DNA from: Bacteroidales bacterium
Lineage (GTDB): Bacteria; Bacteroidota; Bacteroidia; Bacteroidales; UBA7960
DNA: 64,000 bases
Direction of reading: 5' to 3'
Assembly: GCA_003559855.1 (NCBI GenBank)
Contig: PWJZ01000124.1
Coordinates: forward strand, 40,580 to 104,579
Below are positions 29,395-37,264 of this stretch, piece by piece (position 1 is the first letter of the stretch; each line of letters starts with the position of its first letter). The notes beneath the pieces are model-generated. The model was not told the DNA's origin. It made no database searches and saw nothing but the letters and a program-made list of their open reading frames with translations. A program made the position numbers and the translations under genes.

Positions 29395-31215
29395 TCAAAG
29401 CCTTAAGTTCATGCTAAGCCAATAATGCATGCCTGCATATTGCTCGTCGCGTAATGAATGATCTTCAAAGCCGGGTGAAATTGTTAGTTGTACACTGAAT
29501 GATGCTGACGGGAAAAAAGTTATACTGCCAATAAAGTTTGTATTAGTAATACTCAGCCGCTCTGTCGGTTCAGTTATTCTTTCTCCTGTCATAGTTTCAA
29601 TTAGGGTTTGGTCATTTTCTACTCTTTCCCTGTAATCATAAAGTATAAGGGTTGTATTATCAATCTTCCAGAAATTCATTGTTCGGTTTATCCCAATCAT
29701 TATATCAAACCTTTCATTAATGTCATATTCGTAAATTACCGGTATTTGCACAGAACGCAGTCTTGAATCAAATTCCCATATAATAGTTTTATCTTCAATA
29801 GTTTTGTAATACCGTTCTGTTGTGTAAGTATCGTTGTTAGATTCGCGATACCAATACCAGTAGGTTTCTGAAAATGCATCAACTTTTTCGGAAGTTTTGG
29901 TTGATTGATTCCGCAAGCCCAGTATTATACCCACGCTTAAATTATGATTTTCCTGCACATTCCAATTCATCGCTGCCCTGGCTAAGTGGTTATTAATAAT
30001 TCTGTCACCGTTACCTGTTCGAAAATCATGCATATTGGAGAATCCTTCACTTTCATACAACCAGTTGCTGCTTTCAGAGTAATACTCATTTTCCGATTCT
30101 CTTTCAATGGATGAGCTTAGGCCAAGACTTTGTGACAAATGCGAATAATTGTACATAAACCTAAAACCAAGGTCTTCTCTGAGCTGTCTTTCCCATAATA
30201 ATCCGGAATAAAACCTGTTTGCATTGTGATCCCAGTTTTGATCAGTCAAATGCCAGCTCTGATAATGGCTCCGGTTAGAGTCTCCACTTTCTCCTCTTTT
30301 CGACATTGATCCATCATCTCTGCCCAGGTTTTGAGTCACATTACCTGTTACCAGTCCGGCATGCAATCCAAGCCTGCTGTCATTTGTCGAATATGTTATG
30401 CCAAGCAGATAATCCCAGTGGTTGTAGTCCTGATCCCTGCCTTCATATCTTTTCCAGTACGATTGGTAATCTATACGATGATTCCACAGGTTGTCACTCC
30501 CTAAGCTTCCTTCCCGAATGAATAAGAATCTTCCGACCTTAATACCAACATCTACTTCATCGCTAACTTCCCAGGCAAGGAATGTGTTGATGGTATGACC
30601 CTCATGATACATTTCATCAGAGCCTGTAAATCTGTCTGTTATATCATAGTCTTCCATACCCTTATAACTTGTGCCTTCAACAGTTGTCCCGGCGACATTT
30701 CGGTAAATTTCATGAGGTATTGCATAATAATTCTCTGCCTGGCTGATTAACTGATAAGTCGCACCAAAAGTTATTGAATTGTTTAGTAGCGGGAGCCTTG
30801 CCAAATAAGCAGCACTTATCAAAGGTGTTATTTCTCCTCTGACGGATGTATGGTAATATCCCCAGCCGGGATAAACATAGCCATGTCTTATTCCATAATA
30901 TGCAGGGTACCTGCTTTCAACAATATCCCTGTTATTTCTGAAATCCAAATACAAAAAGTTAGACGGCAAAGTATCACGATCGAAAGCTGCGAGGTTTGCA
31001 GGATTGCGTTGCAATGCAATAAGAGGATGATCCGATGTAAGCACCGTTGCTGAAACAAAATTTTCAGCACCCAAAGGATTAACATAAGACGGACTGAAAA
31101 AGAAATCCGACTGTTCAAAAGTCATCTCCAAGGGTCTGTCTGAACGATACTGCGCATTAACCAACAGTGGCAGTATTAGAAATAAAGCTGAAATAATTAT
31201 ATTTATTTTTTTCAT
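29395..31215 (-). CDS. secreted, probably outer-membrane beta-barrel protein, no recognised family
   Basis: Signal peptide MKKINIIISALFLILPLLVNAQ. Rich in Tyr, Trp, Asn and Gly with alternating strand patterns across 606 aa. Confidence 0.5.
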   Translation of the reverse strand: MKKINIIISALFLILPLLVNAQYRSDRPLEMTFEQSDFFFSPSYVNPLGAENFVSATVLTSDHPLIALQRNPANLAAFDRDTLPSNFLYLDFRNNRDIVESRYPAYYGIRHGYVYPGWGYYHTSVRGEITPLISAAYLARLPLLNNSITFGATYQLISQAENYYAIPHEIYRNVAGTTVEGTSYKGMEDYDITDRFTGSDEMYHEGHTINTFLAWEVSDEVDVGIKVGRFLFIREGSLGSDNLWNHRIDYQSYWKRYEGRDQDYNHWDYLLGITYSTNDSRLGLHAGLVTGNVTQNLGRDDGSMSKRGESGDSNRSHYQSWHLTDQNWDHNANRFYSGLLWERQLREDLGFRFMYNYSHLSQSLGLSSSIERESENEYYSESSNWLYESEGFSNMHDFRTGNGDRIINNHLARAAMNWNVQENHNLSVGIILGLRNQSTKTSEKVDAFSETYWYWYRESNNDTYTTERYYKTIEDKTIIWEFDSRLRSVQIPVIYEYDINERFDIMIGINRTMNFWKIDNTTLILYDYRERVENDQTLIETMTGERITEPTERLSITNTNFIGSITFFPSASFSVQLTISPGFEDHSLRDEQYAGMHYWLSMNLRL

Positions 31216-31339
31216 ATAATAAGAATTTATGATTATTGATCAATTCTTTAATAGTTGTGAATGTATGCCACTCAACAGTAAATTCTTTAGATACAATTAT
31301 TTTTTGGTCTGATTAATAATCTGGTGTTAAGCAACATTA

Positions 31340-31834
31340 TCAATCTGTTCTTATTACATATACATTTTTCTTTATAATATAATAGTTATTGTTTGTCTTA
31401 AAATCACGAACCTTTGAAATAACATCTACATATATTTTAGGTCCCCATTTTGGTCCTTCCCTGGAAACTTTTTCAATCTTATATTCTGGCAGATTAGTAC
31501 GATATTCATTTTCATATTCCGATATCCAGATAGAATCTTCATATATTACATACTGTTTAATCATATCAATATTATCCGGTATGGCAGTCGAATCAGTGTT
31601 TATAAGCCAATTTATTGAAATCATTGGTTTTCCATCCGGAGGACTAACTGGCTGAAAATCACGCCACAGATAAGCATCTAAAATAAAAGAATTTGATCCA
31701 ATCATTAACGTGTCATACGATTTAGAATTAAGCTCTGATATCAATTCTTTATCAACTCGTATATAATTGATATCTTCTTTTTCACAACTTGTCAAAATAA
31801 TCAAGACTATGAATACCATTAAATTTTTTTTCAT
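31340..31834 (-). CDS. lipoprotein, unknown function
   Basis: Signal peptide plus lipobox ILTSC. Confidence 0.55.
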   Translation of the reverse strand: MKKNLMVFIVLIILTSCEKEDINYIRVDKELISELNSKSYDTLMIGSNSFILDAYLWRDFQPVSPPDGKPMISINWLINTDSTAIPDNIDMIKQYVIYEDSIWISEYENEYRTNLPEYKIEKVSREGPKWGPKIYVDVISKVRDFKTNNNYYIIKKNVYVIRTD

Positions 31835-31883
31835 CTTTCTATTTCTTCTTAATTAATAATATCTTTTGTTATAAAATTTCCAT

Positions 31884-32189
31884 TTATATATTCCTCAAAT
31901 CAACCTTATGATTTAATTGTGCATACTTTATCAAAGGTTCTTCCTTAAGCTTTTCAACCCAATACTTTTCTTTTCCCACAGGCACGCCAATAAGTGCAAT
32001 ACCCAGATGCTCGAAATACCTTTTCCATTCAAGGTTAAGCTCTTCTATTCGATTTTTTACTTGATGTTTCTCAACACCATCCTCTAATCCTATTAATACT
32101 TCACCGCGAACAAAATCATCCGATTCTTTTTCACAGGAGAAAAGTAAACAAGTCAAAAAAATAATTGTTAAGATAAACTTATTCTTCAT
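31884..32189 (-). CDS. small lipoprotein, unknown function
   Basis: Signal peptide plus lipobox LLFSC. Confidence 0.5.
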   Translation of the reverse strand: MKNKFILTIIFLTCLLFSCEKESDDFVRGEVLIGLEDGVEKHQVKNRIEELNLEWKRYFEHLGIALIGVPVGKEKYWVEKLKEEPLIKYAQLNHKVDLRNI

Positions 32190-32364
32190 GTTTATTTTAA
32201 TTGATTATCATTGTTTATTCAGTTTTAAAAAGTTTAACATCCTCAAAACCAAAACCATAATCTACTGCTAAAATTGTTTTATTTTCAAAGTGTCATTTGA
32301 GTAAAATGTCAGCTTATAAGTTGTTTCTTTTTTACTTTCTTCTATTTTACAGTCCCTTATAACC

Positions 32365-32775
32365 TTAATTGAGCCGCTCACCATAAATTGAAAATGAGAC
32401 AGACTCAACCAAGGGATGATCATATAATATACGCATGACTTCGAATCCTCTATCTACTGTTGAAGTATGAAGAACATAAAAACCACCACTTGAAGGTCCA
32501 CTGGCAATATCAACATCTATAATGTTTAAAGTTTGTAATATCTCTTGTATGTCTGTCATGTCATCAGTAAAACTGACAATAATACGTTTTGGTGAAAAAC
32601 GTACAGTATCCCCCTCTTCGTTTATAAATATCCACTGTGAGTTAACAAGAAGATATTTACGCTCACCTATTACTTCAACACGTTCCGGTTCAGATGTGTC
32701 ATTTTTATCACATCCGCCTGTCAGGATAAATCATGCAAGCGTTAATAACAATATTATTTTATTTATTGCTTTCAT
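32365..32775 (-). pseudogene. small lipoprotein gene with an in-frame TGA (32731-32733) inside the signal peptide
   Basis: The ATG at 32775 gives MKAINKIILLLTLA, then TGA. The same frame continues as FILTGGCDKNDTSEPERVEV... into the listed 64-aa ORF (32365-32559). Confidence 0.65.
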
Positions 32776-32791
32776 TTTAATTATTCTTTTA

Positions 32792-33181
32792 TTAGTCATG
32801 AAAGGTTCTAAATCTTAATGGGTCATCCATTATAATATCTAAAATCTGTGTTTTTATCTGTCCATTAATTATGAACCAAACTTTTATTTCACTTTGAGGG
32901 GGATTTGTTTTAATGCAAGAGACACATAAAATTTCAGCGTTTGAAACACAACTTTTGCATTTTAACCAATCTACAAGCCTCTCAAGCTTCTCTTCGTCAC
33001 TTAGTTTTTTCTTTAAATCTTTTAAAAAATTGTCAATAGTTGGACCTGTTTTATTAAATTCTTCTTTATTAACGTAATAACAAAAAATTTCTTCGTTAGA
33101 ACACGTTATTTCGTCTTTATTACAACTTGTTAATATGGCTAGCGTTAAAAAGAGCACTGTCAATGTTATTATTGCTTTCAT
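32792..33181 (-). CDS. Cys-rich small lipoprotein, unknown function
   Basis: MKAIITLTVLFLTLAILTSC lipobox. Eight further Cys residues. Confidence 0.55.
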   Translation of the reverse strand: MKAIITLTVLFLTLAILTSCNKDEITCSNEEIFCYYVNKEEFNKTGPTIDNFLKDLKKKLSDEEKLERLVDWLKCKSCVSNAEILCVSCIKTNPPQSEIKVWFIINGQIKTQILDIIMDDPLRFRTFHD

Positions 33182-33614
33182 ACTATTAACATATTTTGTG
33201 AGTTAAGTATCCTGCCTTTATTAATTAGTACGGAATAATTTGTAAAAACGCTGCAAGCAATTTTTAAAATTTGTTATTCTATATTGCTTATGGTTTAGGA
33301 ATAGGATGTACAGTTTGATCCGGAATGGGGGTGTTCAGTTTAGACCGGAATATGCTTTTGAGTGATTTTAAGCAATTTTATTCTTTATTTCCTGATCAAT
33401 TAACAGGAAAATATTTACTTTTCAACTCCAAGCCTCCCCAATTTCATTCTAAAATATCAAAAAACCCTTCGATAAGTGCATAGCGATCTGACCGACCGGG
33501 ATTTAGTTTTAACCCTGTTGAATTTGAAAACTATTTAACACGGCAGGCACAGAATCATCGCCGGGTCTTTCAGGCTGCTAAGATTCCTATATATTGTGGC
33601 TAGTGGTTCTATAA

Positions 33615-34025
33615 TTAAAGTATTTCTTCGGGAGTCATTTTTTTTATCCCTTCTATATTAAAATCCTTATCAAACGTTACAATTGTCAAATCATATTTTT
33701 GTGATATTGTCAATTGATATGCATCATCAAAGTCAATCTCATATTTCTCAATATTTGAAATTATATCTACAAAATCATGCGGGTCAAGTGATATTGGCTC
33801 GATTAGTCCATTGAAAAATAAATCATTCACAAATTTATCAAGTATTTCAAGTTTTTTAAGTTTTGATATAATTACTCCAATCGAGTGTAATGCAAAATCA
33901 CTTATAAATATTTGGTCTAAAGGAATGGTATCAAGAAATTTAGAAACAATTTCTGATTTGTCTTGGTCTAATAATCTCTCAAGCCAAATGTTTGTATCAA
34001 CAAGGTATCTTATTTTTTTCTCCAA
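33615..34025 (-). CDS. PIN-domain ribonuclease toxin (VapC-like)
   Basis: Acidic PIN residues in YLVDTNIW, DFDDAYQ and TFDKDF. Apparent TTG start. Overlaps the upstream small gene by 16 nt. Confidence 0.8.
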   Translation of the reverse strand: MEKKIRYLVDTNIWLERLLDQDKSEIVSKFLDTIPLDQIFISDFALHSIGVIISKLKKLEILDKFVNDLFFNGLIEPISLDPHDFVDIISNIEKYEIDFDDAYQLTISQKYDLTIVTFDKDFNIEGIKKMTPEEIL

Positions 34026-34219
34026 TTAAGTGCTTTTTTTTGTAAATCAATTGAATTATAATTTTCTCCTTTTAATCCACCTGCCCAATTTTGAGTTAAT
34101 TTTTTTGATTTTTTGGCAGTTCTCTTATTTATCAAATAGTCCAAATAATGGTTTAATTCATCAATTAAATCAGGAGTCAATTGATTTATTTTCGTTTCTA
34201 TGTTTTTTATTGCTCTCAT
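34010..34219 (-). CDS. antitoxin, DUF2281-like
   Basis: A 69-aa protein immediately upstream of, and overlapping, the PIN gene. IETKINQLTPDLIDELNHYLDYLINKR resembles DUF2281 antitoxins. Confidence 0.6.
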   Translation of the reverse strand: MRAIKNIETKINQLTPDLIDELNHYLDYLINKRTAKKSKKLTQNWAGGLKGENYNSIDLQKKALNWRKK

Positions 34220-34242
34220 ATTGCAAATTTACTAAAAATCAA

Positions 34243-34267
34243 AAATTTGTCAAAAAAAATTTGTCAA
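34243..34267 (-). promoter_or_regulatory. direct repeat TTGACAAATTT x2 (operator/promoter candidate of the toxin-antitoxin pair)
   Basis: aaatttgtcaa at 34243-34253 and 34257-34267, 24-48 nt upstream of the antitoxin ATG at 34219. Confidence 0.45.
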
Positions 34268-34626
34268 TTTGGTGTATTCTACCATTGATCTCAACGTAAC
34301 AGCCTTTTATTCTTTCTTTCCCTACAAATATATACATAAAATAAATTAATATTTCAAGATTTGCCGAAAATTTGAGAAAAGCTAAAAAGGAAATGAAGAA
34401 TAAAAACCGGGTTAGACTATGCCGCATATTGTGCTATGGGTATTCTATCATATAAGGTGTTTTGTAACCGGAAAATAAATATGCATGATTTTCGGAAAAC
34501 AGCAATACATGTTTATAACAAAATTAAAATAAATTTTTATTGTTAAAAATTATTTTTCTGTTTTCCGTTCGATTGCTAAACAGAAGCTAAAAAACCCGGT
34601 TTTGTGCTAAAATTTGTGCTAAGCAA

Positions 34627-34662
34627 TAAAAAAGCCACTTACAAAAAACGTTGCAAATGGCT
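34627..34662 (-). terminator. intrinsic terminator downstream of tRNA-Val
   Basis: On the minus strand, AGCCATTT pairs with AAGTGGCT (8 bp, one G-U pair, 14-nt loop), followed by T6. Confidence 0.6.
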
Positions 34663-34673
34663 GTTTGTCAATG

Positions 34674-34748
34674 TGGGACGTACCGGATTCGAACCAGTGA
34701 CCTCATGCCTGTCAAGCATGCGCTCTAAACCAACTGAGCTAACGTCCC
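34674..34748 (-). tRNA. tRNA-Val (anticodon GAC)
   Basis: Minus-strand GGGACGTTAGCTCAGTTGGTTTAGAGCGCATGCTTGACAGGCATGAGGTCACTGGTTCGAATCCGGTACGTCCCA folds as a cloverleaf. It has a 7-bp acceptor stem, a GCTC/GAGC D stem, a CATGC/GCATG anticodon stem with loop TTGACAG, and a T loop TTCGAAT. CCA is not encoded. Confidence 0.9.
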
Positions 34749-34758
34749 GTTATGATTG

Positions 34759-34766
34759 CAAAATTA
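34759..34766 (-). promoter_or_regulatory. candidate -7 box (TAATTTTG) for tRNA-Val
   Basis: Matches TAnnTTTG on the minus strand, ending 10 nt upstream of the mature tRNA 5' end. Confidence 0.5.
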
Positions 34767-34977
34767 TAAAATTTTCTGCAGGGCACTAAGAAAGAGCGAA
34801 GTATTTTTATAAAACTATTCTGTAATTAGTGTCCGTCTATAATGTCAAACTTTTTTGAATAACGAATATCGATCAACGATTTTTGATTTTAGAAGTTGAG
34901 GGAAAATCAGATGATTATGCCAAACTTCATAAATTGTTAACTTAGCGTGCCGACCAAAGGGAGACAATGACCGAAGG

Positions 34978-35093
34978 GAATAATCCCGATTATTCGGGAA
35001 ACACCAAATAAAATAAAATATTAAGTGAGTAATCCTTGCTTGCCCCGCCTGCCCCGTAACGAAGTGTATCGGGGTAATGAGATGTATCGGGGT
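34978..35093. repeat. REP-like hairpin/direct-repeat cluster
   Basis: GAATAATC cc GATTATTC palindrome (34978-34995). CCCCG...CGGGG hairpin and GTATCGGGGT x2 (35066-35075 and 35084-35093). Confidence 0.6.
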
Positions 35094-35185
35094 TCTGAAA
35101 TCAATTATTTCTAAAATGAATGACATTACAGGCAAACTCTAATTAGTCGGCAGTCGGCATTACATCAGTTGATAGTTGACAAATG

Positions 35186-36718
35186 TCACAACGGGATATT
35201 ACCATGTTTTCTGGGCGGGTTATTGACTCTTTTGTTTTGTGTCATTTCCAGCGCCTGGATTAGTTTTGGTCTGGTGTCGCGGGGCATAATAATTTCATCT
35301 ACATAACCGTGTTCGGCGGCTTTATATGGGTTGCAGAACATTTCTTTATATTCTTCAATTGCTGTTTTTCTTTCTTCTTCCGGCAGTTTCCGGTAAAGGA
35401 TATTTACTGCTCCTTCGGCTCCCATAACGGCTATTTCGCCGGTAGGGTAGGAGAGGTTGACATCGGCACCCAGGTGTTTTGATGCCATCACGACATATGC
35501 ACCACCATATGCTTTTCTTGTAATGAGGGTAATTTTGGGCACGGTTGCTTCGGCGTATGCATATAAAAGTTTGGCCCCATGCTTGATAATTCCGCCATGT
35601 TCTTGTGAAACGCCGGGCAGGTATCCCGGCACATCGCAAAGCGTTATCAGCGGAATATTAAAAGCATCACAAAATCTAATAAATCGTGCTGCTTTGTTTG
35701 AGGCATCAATATCTATAACTCCTGCCAGGACATTAGGTTGATTAGCTATTATACCTACCGGTTTACCTCCCATACGGGCAAATCCGGTAATCATATTTTG
35801 TGCAAAGAAAGGTTGAACTTCAAAAAACATGTTATCATCAATAACGGTCTCAATGATATCTTTCATATCATAAGGCTTATTGGGATCGTCAGGGACCATT
35901 GTCTGAAGTTTTTCTTCTTTTCTGTTTGTTGAGTCAGTACAGGGTTTTACCGGCGGGTCTTCCATATTGTTAGAGGGAAGGAAACTTAACAGTTCGCGTA
36001 TCATAATCATTGCCTGCTGGTCATCATCAGCTCTGAAATGGGCTACACCGCTCTTGGAATTATGTGCCGTGGCTCCTCCCAGCTCTTCTTTGGTAACTTC
36101 TTCGTGTGTAACTGATTTTATTACGTCAGGACCTGTAATAAACATATAACTGGTATTGCGTGTCATAAATACAAAGTCTGTAATAGCGGGTGAATATACT
36201 GCACCTCCGGCACATGGGCCCAAAATAGCGCTTATCTGGGGTATAACTCCTGAAGCCATTACGTTTTTGTAGAAAACGTCGCCATAACCTGCTAGGCTTT
36301 TGACACCTTCCTGAATGCGTGCACCGCCACTGTCGTTAAGGCCAACGATAGGAGCCCCGTTTTTCAGTGCCAGGTCCATTACTTTTATTATTTTATTTGC
36401 ATTGGTCCGGCTAAGAGAACCACCAAATACTGAAAAGTCCTGTACAAATACATAAACCAATTTTCCGTCAATTTTTCCGTACCCGGTTATAATACCATCA
36501 CCGGAAATTTTTTGCTTGTCCATGCCGAAATCTGTGGTTTGATGTACCACAAACTTGTCAATTTCTACAAATGTGCCCGCATCAAAAAGCTCTATGATCC
36601 GCTCGCGCGCTGTTTTTCTGCCTGAGGCATGAATCTTGTCTATCTTCTCTTTACCGCCTCCAAGTTTGGCTTGTGCATTCTTTTTCTCTAATAATTTATA
36701 TTTTTCCTCTGACGACAT
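35186..36718 (-). CDS. acyl-CoA carboxylase carboxyltransferase (beta) subunit, methylmalonyl-/propionyl-CoA type
   Basis: 510 aa, colinear with PccB/MmdA family signatures: GGGKEKIDKIHASGRKTARERI, DSGGARIQEG and GGAYVVM. Confidence 0.9.
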   Translation of the reverse strand: MSSEEKYKLLEKKNAQAKLGGGKEKIDKIHASGRKTARERIIELFDAGTFVEIDKFVVHQTTDFGMDKQKISGDGIITGYGKIDGKLVYVFVQDFSVFGGSLSRTNANKIIKVMDLALKNGAPIVGLNDSGGARIQEGVKSLAGYGDVFYKNVMASGVIPQISAILGPCAGGAVYSPAITDFVFMTRNTSYMFITGPDVIKSVTHEEVTKEELGGATAHNSKSGVAHFRADDDQQAMIMIRELLSFLPSNNMEDPPVKPCTDSTNRKEEKLQTMVPDDPNKPYDMKDIIETVIDDNMFFEVQPFFAQNMITGFARMGGKPVGIIANQPNVLAGVIDIDASNKAARFIRFCDAFNIPLITLCDVPGYLPGVSQEHGGIIKHGAKLLYAYAEATVPKITLITRKAYGGAYVVMASKHLGADVNLSYPTGEIAVMGAEGAVNILYRKLPEEERKTAIEEYKEMFCNPYKAAEHGYVDEIIMPRDTRPKLIQALEMTQNKRVNNPPRKHGNIPL

Positions 36719-36750
36719 AATAGGGTATGTTTTCTTTTTATTTTGTTTAA

Positions 36751-37260
36751 CTATTCTATGACCACCATAACCTGGTTTGCTTCCACGTTTTGTCCTTCAT
36801 TTACATTTATCTCTTTTACAACACCTTCTTTTTTGGCTTTAAATTCACTTTCCATTTTCATAGCGGAAAGTATTATCATGGTTTTACCTTTTTTGACCTT
36901 CATTCCGGGTTTAACCAGTACGTTTACCACCTTTCCCGGTATGGGTGCAACAATGGCCATCTCATCATCTTCTTGCTGAGAGCTTTTCCTGTTTAGGAAG
37001 TATTTTGTTTCGGAGTCTATTATTTCTGCCTTGAAAAGGTTTTTGAAGGAGTTTATTTCATAGGTGCGAATATTTCCGCTCTCTATGAGTTCCATGTTGT
37101 ACGACTTGTTGTTGTGCAATATGGAATAGTTTCCTTTTTCAAGTTTTACAACATCAACATCGTATTCCACACCATCGATGTTAACTATTACCGAGTTTCC
37201 GTTTTTATTTACGAGCATAACATTGGCGATACGCCCGTTTACTTTTATTTCGTATGACAT
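36751..37260 (-). CDS. biotin carboxyl carrier protein (biotin/lipoyl attachment domain)
   Basis: C-terminal PIPGKVVNVLVKPGMKVKKGKTMIILSAMKMESEF with the AMKM biotinylation motif. Confidence 0.85.
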   Translation of the reverse strand: MSYEIKVNGRIANVMLVNKNGNSVIVNIDGVEYDVDVVKLEKGNYSILHNNKSYNMELIESGNIRTYEINSFKNLFKAEIIDSETKYFLNRKSSQQEDDEMAIVAPIPGKVVNVLVKPGMKVKKGKTMIILSAMKMESEFKAKKEGVVKEINVNEGQNVEANQVMVVIE

Positions 37261-37264
37261 AGCT

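Noticed and set aside
25746-32733. Stop-codon reassignment (TAA or TGA read as sense) as the explanation for the two in-frame stops
   Set aside because: Both codons terminate well-conserved genes at the expected positions in this same window: TAA for dnaK and the T9SS protein, TGA for the TonB-dependent receptor and DUF368 genes. A genome-wide alternative code is not supported.
33182-34748. tRNA-Val-targeted integrative element
   Set aside because: No integrase or recombinase gene, and no recognisable duplicate of the tRNA 3' segment, on the islet side. It is kept only as a low-confidence possibility within the islet finding.
34604-34789. 61-aa plus-strand ORF
   Set aside because: It overlaps the tRNA-Val gene on the opposite strand; the GRTGFEPVTS stretch is the classic translation of a tRNA T-arm.
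34845-35135. 96-aa minus-strand ORF
   Set aside because: It is composed of the CCCCG/CGGGG REP-like repeats (translated as ...PIHLITPIHFVTGQAGQA...) and has no coding-like features.
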